A stretch of DNA of 64,000 nt from an uncultured Chloroflexia bacterium (lineage in GTDB: Bacteria > Chloroflexota > Limnocylindria > Limnocylindrales > CSP1-4). Location of the stretch: the NCBI GenBank assembly GCA_963746845.1, contig CAVVCZ010000006.1:409008-473007 (forward strand), written 5' to 3'. Numbering within the stretch: position 1 is the stretch's first letter; every line of letters begins with the position of its first letter. The translations under genes and the position numbers were made by a program. Shown in pieces: positions 41,307-51,295 of the stretch. The notes beneath the pieces are model-generated. The model ran no database searches. It was not told where the DNA came from and saw only the letters and a list, made by a program, of their open reading frames with translations.

Positions 41307-42896
41307 ATGACTCGCGCCCAGCGCTGGACGCTTCTCGCCGCCATCGTCGCGTCCGGAATCGTCTTCCTCGACAGCACCATCGTGAACCTCGCCCTGAAGC
41401 GCATGGGCGAGGAGCTCCCCCGGATCACCTCGATCGGGATCCTCGAGGGCCAGGCCTATGTCGGCAGCGGCTATCTCGCGGTCCTCGCGGCGCTGCTGAT
41501 CATCGCGGGGGCGCTCGCGGACCGCTACGGCCGGCGACGGATCTTCATCATCGGCCTCAGCGCCTTCGGCGCGATCTCGGTCCTGTGTGGTGTCGCCCCG
41601 ACGCTCGAGTTCATGATCGTCGGACGCCTGCTCCAGGGCGCGGCCGGCGCGCTGCTCGTCCCGGGCTCGCTCGCGATCATCAGCGCCGCGTTCACGGGCG
41701 CCGCCCGGGCACGCGCGTTCGGGCTGTGGGCGGCCTCGACGTCGGCGCTGACGCTCCTCGGCCCGATCGTCGGCGGGCTGCTCGTCGACAACCTGACCTG
41801 GCGGCTCGCATTCCTGATCAACGTCCCGCTGGTCGCGATCGCGCTGTTCGCGGCCATCCGGCACGTCGAGGAGTCGCGCGACCCGGACGCGACCGGCCAC
41901 TTCGACTGGCTGGGCTCGGTCGTCGGCGCCCTGGCCATCGGGGGCCTCGCCTTCGGGGCGATCCACGGCCAGGAGACGCACTGGACCGATCCGGTGGCGT
42001 GGACCTCGCTCGTGATCGGCGTCGTGTGCCTCGTGCTGTTCCCGATCCTCATGGCGGTCCGCCCGCATCCGCTCGTCCCGCTCTCGCTGTTCCGCAACCG
42101 CGAGTTCGCCTCGATCAACCTCGCGACCTTCCTGATCTACGGCGCCCTGTACGTCTCGTTCGCCTACACCGCGCTCCTCTACCAGGGCACGCTCGGCTAC
42201 AGCGCGACGGGTGCCGCGATCATCGGCATCCCGAGCGGGATCCTCCTCGCGACCCTCTCCGCCCGGATCGGGACGCTGACCGGCCGGTTTGGCTCACGGG
42301 TCTTCCTGGTCGTCGGGCCGCTCATCGTGGCCGCGGGTCAGCTGTGGCTCGCCCGGATCCCGGCGACGTCGGAGGCGTGGGTCGCGGAGCTCGGAAACCC
42401 CGCTTCGATGATCCCGCCGCTCGACGCGATCGTCGACGTGTTGCCGGCGAACATCGCGTTCGGGCTGGGGATGGCGATGGTCGTCGCGCCCTTGACGAGC
42501 ACGTTGATGAACTCGATCCCGTCCGGGAACTCCGGTCTGGGATCGGCGATCAACAACGCGCTGTCGCGGGTCGGCCAGCCGCTGATCGGCGCGCTGATCT
42601 TCATCGCGATCACCGCCGCGTTCTACAACGGCCTGGCCGCGCTCGTGCCCGGGCTCGACCCCAACGACCCGGCCGTCCGGGCGGTGATCGTGCCGCTCAA
42701 CCCGCCACCGGCGGGCACGCCGCCGGACCTCGCGGCCGCAGCCAAGGAGGCGTCCGTCAACGCCTTCCACCTGGCAGCCATCGTGTCCGCAGTCCTCATG
42801 GCCGCGGGCTCGGCCGTCAGCGCGGTCGGGCTGCGGAAGGGTGCGGCGAGCGCTGCGCCGGCACGGGAGACCGAGCCCGCGGTGGGCGCCGGCTGA
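41307..42896 (+). CDS. MFS drug:H+ antiporter, DHA2 (EmrB/QacA, 14-TMS) type
   Basis: FLDSTIVNLAL, ALADRYGRRR, 14 hydrophobic segments. Confidence 0.88.
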   Translation: MTRAQRWTLLAAIVASGIVFLDSTIVNLALKRMGEELPRITSIGILEGQAYVGSGYLAVLAALLIIAGALADRYGRRRIFIIGLSAFGAISVLCGVAPTLEFMIVGRLLQGAAGALLVPGSLAIISAAFTGAARARAFGLWAASTSALTLLGPIVGGLLVDNLTWRLAFLINVPLVAIALFAAIRHVEESRDPDATGHFDWLGSVVGALAIGGLAFGAIHGQETHWTDPVAWTSLVIGVVCLVLFPILMAVRPHPLVPLSLFRNREFASINLATFLIYGALYVSFAYTALLYQGTLGYSATGAAIIGIPSGILLATLSARIGTLTGRFGSRVFLVVGPLIVAAGQLWLARIPATSEAWVAELGNPASMIPPLDAIVDVLPANIAFGLGMAMVVAPLTSTLMNSIPSGNSGLGSAINNALSRVGQPLIGALIFIAITAAFYNGLAALVPGLDPNDPAVRAVIVPLNPPPAGTPPDLAAAAKEASVNAFHLAAIVSAVLMAAGSAVSAVGLRKGAASAAPARETEPAVGAG

Positions 42897-42946
42897 GCAC
42901 GGGCTCCGACCGGATCGCACGGCCGATCACTGGCGAGCACACGAAA

Positions 42947-42973
42947 AACCGGGCGGTTGGGCACCGCCCGGTT
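42947..42973. terminator. rho-independent-type bidirectional terminator
   Basis: aaccgggcgg/ccgcccggtt, a perfect 10-bp stem with a 7-nt loop. An A-run lies on the 5' side, giving a U-run on the minus-strand transcript of the 42996..43562 gene. Confidence 0.65.
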
Positions 42974-42995
42974 CTTGTCGGTCGAACGGGATGGG

Positions 42996-43562
42996 TCAGG
43001 CGGGCGTCGGTCCGTCGCTGTCGTCGGCGGCTGGAGGCGCGGCGGGGGCAGCCGGCGGCGCGGCGGGCGCGGCCGGGGCCGAGGCGGGCGGAGCGGCCGG
43101 AGCCGAGGCGGGCGGAGCGGCCGGAGCCGATGGTGCTGCCGAGGCAGGCGGTGCCGCAGCGGCCCGCTCGCCGGCGGTCGCCTGGTATTCCTGCCAGGCC
43201 CCGAAGGCCATCAGGACCGCGCCGGCCGTCGTGGCCAGCAACGCGATGAAGTAGATGCCGAGGAAGCCGGCGAAGCTCAGGATGCCGAGGATCTGGATCA
43301 GGCTGAGGACCGCCCCGATCGCGATGATCGCGGAGATGACGAGGACGATCAGCGGGATCGGCGCCGGCCACTGGATGTTCGTGTTGGGCGCGTACTTCAG
43401 GTAGTAGATCGCGAGGACGGCAATGGCTCCGAGAGCGCTCAAGAACCCGAACCCGAACCCGTAGCTCCCGACGAGCCCGACGATCCACGCGACGAGCACG
43501 ATCGCCGCTCCGAACGAGACGTTTCGCTCGTTCTTGTTGAACTTGGCCCAGATGGCTGCCAC
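42996..43562 (-). CDS. polytopic membrane protein with Pro/Ala-rich repetitive C-terminal tail
   Basis: GTG at 43560-43562 follows GGGAGG. Four to five hydrophobic helices, then ...AAAPPASAAPSAPAAPPASAPAAPPASAPAAPAAPPAAPAAPPAADDSDGPTPA. Confidence 0.75.
   Translation of the reverse strand: MAAIWAKFNKNERNVSFGAAIVLVAWIVGLVGSYGFGFGFLSALGAIAVLAIYYLKYAPNTNIQWPAPIPLIVLVISAIIAIGAVLSLIQILGILSFAGFLGIYFIALLATTAGAVLMAFGAWQEYQATAGERAAAAPPASAAPSAPAAPPASAPAAPPASAPAAPAAPPAAPAAPPAADDSDGPTPA
43081..43128. repeat. exact 24-bp tandem duplication inside the Pro/Ala-rich tail coding region
   Basis: gaggcgggcggagcggccggagcc occurs at 43081-43104 and 43105-43128. It encodes APAAPPAS twice on the minus strand. Confidence 0.9.
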
Positions 43563-43653
43563 CGGCAGTGCCTCCCTTCGACCCTCTCCCGACGCCCGGC
43601 GGACCACAGGATCCGTCGTGGTCCCGCAACAGGGTACGCGTCGCGACAACCCG

Positions 43654-44448
43654 ATGCTAGGGGTTCGCGACGTGAGCCTGAGCGTCGATACTCCGCCCGT
43701 GACGACGCCGCGCGACTGGGACGCCGCGACCTACGACCGTGTCGCGGACCCGCAGACCCGCTGGGGAGCGGCGGTCCTCGACCGACTCGATCTCACGGGT
43801 GACGAGACGGTCCTCGACGCCGGGTGCGGCAGCGGCCGCGTCACCGAGCTCCTCGCCGATCGCCTGCCGCGTGGCCGCGTCGTCGCCCTGGACGCGTCGC
43901 CCACGATGGTCGAGCAGGCGCGGCGCCGTCTGACCCGGCTCGGCGACCGCATCGACTACGTCGTCGCCGATCTGGGCCGGCCGTTCGCCGTCCCCGGCTC
44001 GACGGTCGACGCGATCCTGTCGACGGCCACCTTCCACTGGGTCCCGGACCACGACGCGCTCTTCGGGAACCTCGCCGCCGTGCTCCGTCCCGGCGGCCGG
44101 CTCAGCGCGCAGTGCGGGGGCGCCGGCAACATCGCGTCGATCACGGAGATCCTCGCGACCGTCGGGGACGGATGGCTCGGTGATGCGCACTTCGAGACCC
44201 CGGAGACGACCGCGGATCGGCTCCGTGCGGCCGGGTTCGTCGACATCGAGACCTGGCTCCACCCGGAGCCGACCCGATTCGATGCGGGCGAGCCGTTCGA
44301 GACGTTCCTTCGGACCGTAGTGCTCGGCCAGCACGTGGATCGGCTGCCGCCCGGCGAGCGCGACGCATTCGTCCACGAGGTGGCGAGCCGGCTCGACGAG
44401 CCGGTGATCGACTACGTCCGGCTGAACATCCTTGCCACGCGCGCCTGA
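43654..44448 (+). CDS. class I SAM-dependent methyltransferase (trans-aconitate methyltransferase-like)
   Basis: VLDAGCGSGRVT motif I, VVALDASPTMV, WDAATYDRVADPQTRWG N-terminus. Confidence 0.85.
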   Translation: MLGVRDVSLSVDTPPVTTPRDWDAATYDRVADPQTRWGAAVLDRLDLTGDETVLDAGCGSGRVTELLADRLPRGRVVALDASPTMVEQARRRLTRLGDRIDYVVADLGRPFAVPGSTVDAILSTATFHWVPDHDALFGNLAAVLRPGGRLSAQCGGAGNIASITEILATVGDGWLGDAHFETPETTADRLRAAGFVDIETWLHPEPTRFDAGEPFETFLRTVVLGQHVDRLPPGERDAFVHEVASRLDEPVIDYVRLNILATRA

Positions 44449-44454
44449 GGTGGG

Positions 44455-45018
44455 TCAACCCTGACGCTCGACCCGGAACGATTCGCCGTGCCCGGGGATC
44501 ACGACGTCCGCCACGGCGAGGACCCGGGCGCGCTGCGCCTCGAGGATCGCCTGATCCGGCGCGTATGGGTCGATGTCCGGCGTGCGGTCCGCCTTCCACC
44601 AGAGGTGGGTCATCGCGTACACGCCGTCGTCCGCGCGCACGATCAGCGAGGCGTCCTCCTCCGTGTGGCCCGGCGTGAGCCACAGCTGGGCGTGGGCGGA
44701 GAGGTCCCAGCCGTCGCCGTCGTGGTCGAGCCACAGGTCGCCGCGGTACTTCGCCCAGAAGTCGATGACCCAGGCGTTCGGGAACAGCGCGACGTTCATC
44801 GTGTGGTCGGGGTGGTGATGGCTGAGGAAGACGTGGGTGACGTCGCCCGGGTCGATCCCGCGCTCCCGGAGCGGGTCGAGGATCCGGGCGTGGCTGGCGA
44901 CGAGGCCCGGGTCGGCGACGATGATCGCGTCCCCGTCCCGGACCAGGCTGACGCTGCTCCCGACGTGGCCGTCATCGCGGGCGTAGCCGGGATGGATGAG
45001 CTCGACGGTGGTGGTCAT
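44455..45018 (-). CDS. MBL-fold metallo-hydrolase
   Basis: HHHPDH motif (LSHHHPDHTMN), TPGHT, and a downstream PGHG. Confidence 0.85.
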   Translation of the reverse strand: MTTTVELIHPGYARDDGHVGSSVSLVRDGDAIIVADPGLVASHARILDPLRERGIDPGDVTHVFLSHHHPDHTMNVALFPNAWVIDFWAKYRGDLWLDHDGDGWDLSAHAQLWLTPGHTEEDASLIVRADDGVYAMTHLWWKADRTPDIDPYAPDQAILEAQRARVLAVADVVIPGHGESFRVERQG

Positions 45019-45119
45019 CGTCGGAGGATAGGCGCGACCGACGGCGCCGGGATGGTTTGTGCGTCCCGTGGGTCGGGTCCGGCGGCCGGCGCCGCGGGCA
45101 CGCTGCCATCCTGCCGCCC

Positions 45120-46772
45120 ATGACGAAGCCCTCCCTCCCCGCCGACCTCGTCCTGACCGGCGGCCATGTCCACACCGTCGCCGACGCCCAGCCGCTCGCC
45201 GAGGCCGTCGCGGTCCGGGGCTCGGACATCGTCGCGGTCGGGTCGGCCGCCGAGGTCGACGCGTGGATCGGCCCGCGGACCCGCGTCGTGAGCCTCGCCG
45301 GCCGCCTGCTCCTGCCGGGGTTCCAGGACGCGCACATCCATCCGATCTCGTCGGGCGTGGAGCAGCTCGAGTGCGACGTACGCGGGACCGGCGGCCGCGA
45401 GGAGGTGCTCGCGATCATCCGGACGTACGCGGACGCGCACCCGACCGAGCCGTGGATCGTGGGCGGCGGCTGGTCGATGTCGGATTTCCCGCACGGGAAC
45501 CCGCGCCGCGAGGACCTCGACGCGGTCGTCCCGGATCGGCCGGCGTACCTGCCGAACCGCGACGGGCACTCGGCGTGGGTCAACACGCGGGCCCTCGAGC
45601 TGGCCCGGATCGATCGGGGCACGCCGGATCCCGCGGGCGGCCGGATCGAGCGCGATCCCGACGGGACGCCGACCGGGGCCCTCCACGAGACGGCCGCCGA
45701 GATCGTGGAGGCGCTCCTCCCGGTCGTGTCCGACGACACGATGGCCATCGCGCTGCGCCGCGCCCAGGCGTATCTCCACTCGCTCGGGATCACCGCCTGG
45801 CAGGACGCGATCGTCGCGCCGGACGAAGAGCGGATCTACCGACGCGCCGTCGCGGAGGGCTGGCTCACCGCGCGGGTCGAGGCTGCCCTGTGGTGGGACC
45901 GGACACGTGGTCTCGAGCAGGTGGACGAGCTCGTCGAGCGCTCCCGCACGGGCTCGATGGGCCGGCTCCGGGCAAACAGCGTGAAGCTGATGGCGGACGG
46001 GGTGCTCGAGACGTTCACCGCCGCCATGCTCGAGCCGTACCTCGGCGAGGACGGGCGGCCGACGGAGAACCTCGGGATCAGCTTCATGGAACCGGACGTC
46101 CTCAGGGACGCCGTCGTCCTCCTCGACGCCGGCGGGCTCCAGGCGCACTTCCACGGAATCGGCGACCGGGCGATCCGGAACTGCCTGGACGCCGTGGCGG
46201 CGGCGCGTGCGACGAACGGCCCGTCCGACACCCGGCCGCACATCGCCCACATCCAGGTCATCCACCCCGACGACCTCCCCCGCTTCGCGGCCCTCGGTGT
46301 CGCGGCGAACGCTCAGCCGGTCTGGGCGTACCACGAGCGGCAGATGGACGAGCTGACGATCCCCTATCTCGGCCCGGAGCGGTCCGGATGGCAGTACCCG
46401 TTCGCGTCGCTGCTCCGGTCCGGGGCACGACTGGCGATGGGCTCGGACTGGAGCGTCAGCACGCCCGAGCCGCTCATCGAGATGCAGGTCGCGATCGACC
46501 GCAGCGCACCCGCGCCGTGGGGCTCGGGCCGGGTGCTCGTGCCGGAGGAACGGCTGACGCTGGAGGAGTCGATCCGCGCGTTCACTTTCGGCTCGGCGTG
46601 GGTCAACCATCTCGACGATCGGACCGGATCGATCGAGGTCGGGAAGCTCGCCGACCTGTGCGTCGTCGACCGGGACCTGTTCCTGCGGGACGTCGGCCCG
46701 ATCGGCGAGGGCCAGGTGCTCCTCACCCTCGTCGACGGCGAGGTCGTGTTCGAGGACCCGGCCCTGGGTTGA
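45120..46772 (+). CDS. amidohydrolase family (Amidohydro_3 / YtcJ-like) metal-dependent hydrolase
   Basis: LLLPGFQDAHIHP, HFHGIGDRA, HIQVIHPDD, MGSDWSV. Confidence 0.88.
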   Translation: MTKPSLPADLVLTGGHVHTVADAQPLAEAVAVRGSDIVAVGSAAEVDAWIGPRTRVVSLAGRLLLPGFQDAHIHPISSGVEQLECDVRGTGGREEVLAIIRTYADAHPTEPWIVGGGWSMSDFPHGNPRREDLDAVVPDRPAYLPNRDGHSAWVNTRALELARIDRGTPDPAGGRIERDPDGTPTGALHETAAEIVEALLPVVSDDTMAIALRRAQAYLHSLGITAWQDAIVAPDEERIYRRAVAEGWLTARVEAALWWDRTRGLEQVDELVERSRTGSMGRLRANSVKLMADGVLETFTAAMLEPYLGEDGRPTENLGISFMEPDVLRDAVVLLDAGGLQAHFHGIGDRAIRNCLDAVAAARATNGPSDTRPHIAHIQVIHPDDLPRFAALGVAANAQPVWAYHERQMDELTIPYLGPERSGWQYPFASLLRSGARLAMGSDWSVSTPEPLIEMQVAIDRSAPAPWGSGRVLVPEERLTLEESIRAFTFGSAWVNHLDDRTGSIEVGKLADLCVVDRDLFLRDVGPIGEGQVLLTLVDGEVVFEDPALG

Positions 46773-46928
46773 CGATCCGGCCCCGTCCGGACCGGGTCGC
46801 ATGCCGCGGGCGGAACCCGTCGAATGACGTAGGGGAATTGCCCATTCGCGACGGTGGGTTCCGCACGCCACCGGGACCATGATCTTGTCGTGATCCCGAG
46901 AAGCGGGGTTGGAAAGGAGAGATCAGAC

Positions 46929-47126
46929 GTGCATCCCATCGCATCCATCGTCGTCGCGGCCCACATCAACGACCTGCTCGCAGAGTCCGCGAACGCCCGC
47001 CTCGCCCGGTCCGCCCAGGCTCCGAAGGCCAGGAGCGGGATCGCCAGCCGCTTCAGCAGCGTCTGGTCCGCCGTCAGCGGCACCGCCACCTCGCCCAAGC
47101 TCACCGACTACCCGTTTCGGAGCTGA
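46929..47126 (+). CDS. small hypothetical protein (65 aa)
   Basis: GTG start 7 nt after AAGGAGAG. VHPIASIVVAAHINDLLAESANARLARSAQAPKARSGIASRFSSVWSAVSGTATSPKLTDYPFRS. Followed by a strong hairpin. Confidence 0.55.
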   Translation: MHPIASIVVAAHINDLLAESANARLARSAQAPKARSGIASRFSSVWSAVSGTATSPKLTDYPFRS

Positions 47127-47155
47127 TCCCAGCTCCTCTCGCTCCCTCCTCCAAC

Positions 47156-47189
47156 ACGAACGCGTCCGTCCTCCGGCGGACGCGTTCGT
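47156..47189. terminator. bidirectional stem-loop between convergent genes
   Basis: Perfect 13-bp inverted repeat acgaacgcgtccg/cggacgcgttcgt with an 8-nt loop. Confidence 0.55.
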
Positions 47190-47205
47190 CGATTCCCGGG
47201 ATCCT

Positions 47206-47811
47206 CTAGAGGTCCTCTGGCCGATCCACGTCGCGGAGGGTGTCGCCGGCCGGATCGAGCGGACGCCACTCCTCCTCCTCCAGGATCCGCGTCGGGAGAC
47301 GATCGAAGACGCTCCGGAGGCGTCGCTCGCCATCGTCCACGAGCCGGCCGACGACGTCGCTCGCGGCACCCGTCCGGAGCGCGGCCGGCAACGGAACGAG
47401 CCGGCCCCGGGCGGAGAGGACGGCCGCGCCGGTGCCCGTGTCGGACGCCAGCAGTGCCCGCACGAGCGCGACCAGCACGGGGGCCCGCATCGAGGGCATG
47501 TCCCCGCCCACGACGAGGACGACCGGCTCGGTCGCGGTCTCGAGCCCGGTCCGCAGCCCGACCAGCGGACCCTCGAACGGCTCATGGTCGGCGACCCGAC
47601 GAACCGGCACGGGGGCCGCGGGGAGGGCTTGATCGTCGTTCGCCACGCCGACGACGATCACGTCGGACACCACGGCCGCGACCCCGCCGACCGCCAGCTC
47701 GAGCAGGGTCCGCCCGTCGATGACCGCGTCCAGCTTGTTCGACCCGAACCGGCGCGACCGTCCGCCCGCGAGGACGATCCCGGTGACGGGGGGAAGAACC
47801 GGATTCGTCAC
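47206..47811 (-). CDS. mobA: molybdenum cofactor guanylyltransferase
   Basis: GIVLAGGRSRRFGSNKL, GPLVGL, VVGGDMP. GTG overlaps the selB TGA (GTGA at 47808-47811). Confidence 0.88.
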   Translation of the reverse strand: MTNPVLPPVTGIVLAGGRSRRFGSNKLDAVIDGRTLLELAVGGVAAVVSDVIVVGVANDDQALPAAPVPVRRVADHEPFEGPLVGLRTGLETATEPVVLVVGGDMPSMRAPVLVALVRALLASDTGTGAAVLSARGRLVPLPAALRTGAASDVVGRLVDDGERRLRSVFDRLPTRILEEEEWRPLDPAGDTLRDVDRPEDL

Positions 47812-49673
47812 CGGGTTGCTCCCGACGTCGCTGCACGGTCCAGCCCGGGTGCCCGTGGCCCGGGGACGTGGCCGTCCGCGGTCCGACGGAGGATCGCCCG
47901 CCGATCGAGGTCCTCGAGGATCGCGAGGACGAACTTGCGGCTCGTCCCGGTCGCGTCGCGGTAGGCCGCCGGGGTCAGCGGCGCTGCGGCGGCCATGGCT
48001 ACGGCCCGGGCGGCCAGGTCGCGGTACGTGGGGAACGCCCAGGCCAGGTCGTCGCCCAGCCGGACGATCCGGTTCGCGCGTTCGAGCGCTCGGACGCCCT
48101 CGGGCGGGCAACCGGCGTCGTGGGCCGCGGCAGACAGCGACGGCGGCGCGACGACTGACAGGATCTCGACGAGCCGGTCCATCGCCGCGAGCATCGCCGC
48201 GGGGAGCTCGGGGGCGGTCGCTCCCGGCGGCCGGACCCGATCACCCTCGGCCACGAGCCCGCCCTTGGCCACGACCTCCGACAGCCGGCTTTCGACGAGG
48301 TCGCTCGCGACACGCCGGTCCATGGGTCCGACCCGACGGCGGAGCTCGGCCGAGCCGGCGCGGAGGACCTCCGTGCGGCGGGCGTCGGGCGTGGCGGCCG
48401 CGGCCACGATCGCAGTGTCGACCGCGTCTCCGACATCGTCGGCGAGGGCCGGCGCAGGCGATGCGATCGCCCCGTGCAGATCCAACCGCGCCGCGGACCA
48501 CGCCTCGCCGCCCGGAACCGCCGTCGCGAGGGCGATCAGGCGCTCCGGGCTCGTGCGGCGACGCGCCGCGCCGCGGGGCGGGTGCGCGTCCAGGACCCGG
48601 CCGCCGCCGAGGGGCTCACCGGGTGACGGCCGGCGGAGCGCGAACCGATCGCCGGGGGCGACGGCGATCGGCTCGGCCAGGCGGAGCAGCGCCGCCACCT
48701 CGCCGTCACCCAGGTCGATGGCGTCGCGGGCACTGCGTCCGACGACCGCTGGCACGTGTGCCGTCCCCGCGTGGAGCGTCAACCGCGTCCGATCGGCCGG
48801 GGGTCCGTCCGCCCGCCTCGCGCGTCCGAGCGCTGGGGCCGCACGGATCGCGACGAGCAGTCGGTCGGACGCGGTGACGGATGGATCCGTCGTCAGGACG
48901 ACCCCACGCGAGAGCGCGACATCCGAGGCGCCTGCCGCGAGGTTGAGCGCCACCCGACCTGGGCCCGCCGATCCCACCGTTCCGCCGTGGACCTGCACCT
49001 CACGAACGCGAACCGTGCCCTCGCCGTCGCCCGGGACGACCCGCAGTCGTTCGCCCGTGACGATCCGGCCGCCGCGAAGCGAGCCCGTCACGACCGTCCC
49101 CCGCCCGCGGCTGGAGAAGACCCGATCGATGGCGAGGCGGGCAGGGCCGGCTTCGGCCACCATCGCCCGATCCCGCAGCTCGACGAGGGCAGCCCGGACC
49201 TCCGCGAGGCCGGCGCCGGTCTCGGCCGAGACGGCGATCACCGGGGCATCGCCCAGTGTCGTCGCCGCCAGGAGAGCCGTGACCTCCCGGGACACCTCGG
49301 CGACCCGGTCGGGATCGGAGGCGTCGGTCTTCGTGACGACCGCGATCCCGTTGGCGATCCCGAGCCCGTCGAGGAGCTGGAGGTGCTCGATCGTCTGCGC
49401 CCGCGGCCCATCGTCGGCGGCGACGACGATGAGCGCCGCGTCGATCTCGCCCGCCCCGACGAGCATGTTGCCGACCAGGCGGTCGTGCCCCGGGACGTCG
49501 ACGAAGTCCAGCTCGGTGCCGTCATCGAGGGCCAGATGCGCATAGCCCACGTCGATCGTCATCCCCCGCGACCGCTCCTCGGGCAGGCGATCGGCGTCGA
49601 TCCCGGTAAGGGCCCGGAGCAGCGTCGTCTTGCCGTGGTCGATGTGCCCGGCCGTCCCGATGACGACGGTCAT
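47808..49673 (-). CDS. selB: selenocysteine-specific translation elongation factor
   Basis: [13 protein letters not shown] (G1), DVPGH (G3), TKTD (G4), long winged-helix C-terminus. ATG overlaps the selA TGA (ATGA at 49670-49673). The remainder of the 988-aa track ORF overlaps selA out of frame. Confidence 0.92.
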   Translation of the reverse strand: MTVVIGTAGHIDHGKTTLLRALTGIDADRLPEERSRGMTIDVGYAHLALDDGTELDFVDVPGHDRLVGNMLVGAGEIDAALIVVAADDGPRAQTIEHLQLLDGLGIANGIAVVTKTDASDPDRVAEVSREVTALLAATTLGDAPVIAVSAETGAGLAEVRAALVELRDRAMVAEAGPARLAIDRVFSSRGRGTVVTGSLRGGRIVTGERLRVVPGDGEGTVRVREVQVHGGTVGSAGPGRVALNLAAGASDVALSRGVVLTTDPSVTASDRLLVAIRAAPALGRARRADGPPADRTRLTLHAGTAHVPAVVGRSARDAIDLGDGEVAALLRLAEPIAVAPGDRFALRRPSPGEPLGGGRVLDAHPPRGAARRRTSPERLIALATAVPGGEAWSAARLDLHGAIASPAPALADDVGDAVDTAIVAAAATPDARRTEVLRAGSAELRRRVGPMDRRVASDLVESRLSEVVAKGGLVAEGDRVRPPGATAPELPAAMLAAMDRLVEILSVVAPPSLSAAAHDAGCPPEGVRALERANRIVRLGDDLAWAFPTYRDLAARAVAMAAAAPLTPAAYRDATGTSRKFVLAILEDLDRRAILRRTADGHVPGPRAPGLDRAATSGATR

Positions 49674-51067
49674 CGGCGTCCCCGCGCCGCCCCCTCGGAC
49701 CCCACGAGCGCGACCCGGAGCGATTCGGCCAGCGCAGCGTCGTCGGCCGGCTCGACGGATCGAAGGTCGAACATCGCCGCCCCACCCTCGATCCGCCCGA
49801 CCACCGCCGGCGATGCGGAGCGCAGCCGGGCGAGGAGGGCGTCCGGATCCGGCGACGGGACGCACACCGCCCGCGACGGGAGCACCTGGCCCGGCAGCGA
49901 GCCGCCGCCGACCGTCGCCTCGACGTCGGCGACCCGGGCATGGCCACCCGCGGCTCCCGCGACCACGCGCGCCCGGGCGGCCAGCTCGTCGACGGTCGCC
50001 GCGATCTGGCGCCAGACCGGGATCTCGCGGGTCACCACGCCGGCCCGGTACAGGGCGAGCGTCGCCGCGACCGCCGCCAGCAGCACCTTGTCGAGCCGCA
50101 TCGCGCGGGCCAGCGGGTCCTTGCGCAGGCGGGCGACCAGGTCGGCGCGCCCGACGACGAACCCGGCCTGCGGGCCGCCGACGAGCTTGTCCCCGCTGAA
50201 GGTCACTAGGTCGGCGCCGTCGGCGAGACGCTCGGCGGGCATCGGCTCGTGGGCGAGGCCGAACGCCGCGGTGTCGAGCAGGGCGCCGCTGCCGAGGTCG
50301 TCGACGACGAGCGCGCCATGACGATGCGCGGCCGCGGCAAGGGTGGGCGCGTCCGGGGCCTCGACGAACCCGGCCTGCTGGAAGTTCGACGGATGGACGC
50401 GGAGGACGAGGCGCGCCCGGCCGTCGGCCAACACCTCCTCGAAGTCCGCGACCCGGGTCCGGTTGGTCGTGCCGACCTCGACGAGCCGTGCGCCCGCGCG
50501 GCGGACGATGTCGGGGATCCGGACGCCGCCGCCGATCTCGACGAGCTCGCCGCGGCTCACCGCCACGCCGCCCCGCCCCGCCAGGCCGACCGCGAGCGCC
50601 ACGGCCGCGGCGTTGTTGGTCACGATCAGCGCGTCCTCCGCCCCGGTCAGGGCGACGAGGTGCGCCTCCGCCTCGCGGTACCGGCGACCGCGGCGCCCGC
50701 TGGCGCGATCGAGCTCGAGGAACAGCGTGCCCTCGGCGGCCGAGACTGCCGCGCGGACCGCGGCGGCCGGCCACGGGGCCCGCCCGAGGTTCGTGTGGAC
50801 GATCACGCCGGTCGCATTGATCACCCGATCCGGGCCTGCGACCGCCTCGAACGCCGCGAGGCGAGCCACGACGAGGGCGCCGAGCTTCTCCGGCGTCCGT
50901 GGCGTGCTCCTCGCGCCGGCCGAGGCGAGGCGCGACCGCTCCTCCTCGACGACCTCGCGCGCAACCGCCAGGATCGCTGCCTGGTCGCGGCCTGCGGTCT
51001 CGGGTCGGGCGGCGGCGAGCACGCGTTCGACGCTCGGTGGGCGCCTGGCTCCGGTTCGATCGGTCAC
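49670..51067 (-). CDS. selA: L-seryl-tRNA(Sec) selenium transferase
   Basis: [29 protein letters not shown] (PLP lysine). The start is set at GTG 51065-51067, because the longer ORF would overlap the tRNA-Sec gene. Confidence 0.9.
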   Translation of the reverse strand: MTDRTGARRPPSVERVLAAARPETAGRDQAAILAVAREVVEEERSRLASAGARSTPRTPEKLGALVVARLAAFEAVAGPDRVINATGVIVHTNLGRAPWPAAAVRAAVSAAEGTLFLELDRASGRRGRRYREAEAHLVALTGAEDALIVTNNAAAVALAVGLAGRGGVAVSRGELVEIGGGVRIPDIVRRAGARLVEVGTTNRTRVADFEEVLADGRARLVLRVHPSNFQQAGFVEAPDAPTLAAAAHRHGALVVDDLGSGALLDTAAFGLAHEPMPAERLADGADLVTFSGDKLVGGPQAGFVVGRADLVARLRKDPLARAMRLDKVLLAAVAATLALYRAGVVTREIPVWRQIAATVDELAARARVVAGAAGGHARVADVEATVGGGSLPGQVLPSRAVCVPSPDPDALLARLRSASPAVVGRIEGGAAMFDLRSVEPADDAALAESLRVALVGSEGAARGRR

Positions 51068-51113
51068 TAGCGGATCATCGCAGGCCGGACGGGCAAGGCA
51101 TGCCACACGCGCA

Positions 51114-51210
51114 TGGCGGGAGCGCATGGGAGTCGAACCCACCACGCCACGCCGAGCGCAGCGTCACCGGTTTTGAAGACCGGGGGACCCACCGGGGCCC
51201 CTCCACTCCC
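51114..51210 (-). tRNA. selC: tRNA-Sec (anticodon UCA)
   Basis: Minus-strand sequence GGGAGTGGAGGGGCCCCGGTGGGTCCCCCGGTCTTCAAAACCGGTGACGCTGCGCTCGGCGTGGCGTGGTGGGTTCGACTCCCATGCGCTCCCGCCA. It has an extended acceptor stem, a 6-bp D-stem with a 4-nt CGGT loop, a CTTCAAA anticodon loop, a long variable arm, a GGTTCGACTCC T-arm, and an encoded GCCA end. It lies directly upstream of selA. Confidence 0.92.
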
Positions 51211-51295
51211 CGGGTATCGTAGCGATGTCACCGGCGACGATCGCGGACGGGGTGATGGGCGACTCGCGGGCGGTTGGGTCGGGTACCGTGGCGCG

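Noticed and set aside
47195-47210. CCCGGGATCCTCTAGA, i.e. SmaI-BamHI-XbaI sites in the order of the pUC polylinker (17 of 18 nt)
   Set aside because: I considered cloning-vector contamination. However, the CTCTAG part is the in-frame end of mobA (...PEDL*), the flanks lack the neighbouring KpnI/SalI vector sequence, and one G of the vector string is missing. I treat it as a coincidence. A BLAST against UniVec would settle it.
49674-50774. N-terminal ~367 aa of the 988-aa ORF containing selB
   Set aside because: This part overlaps selA in another frame and is Arg/Gly/Pro junk. The GTPase G1 motif starts 6 residues after the internal ATG at 49671-49673, and that ATG overlaps the selA stop.
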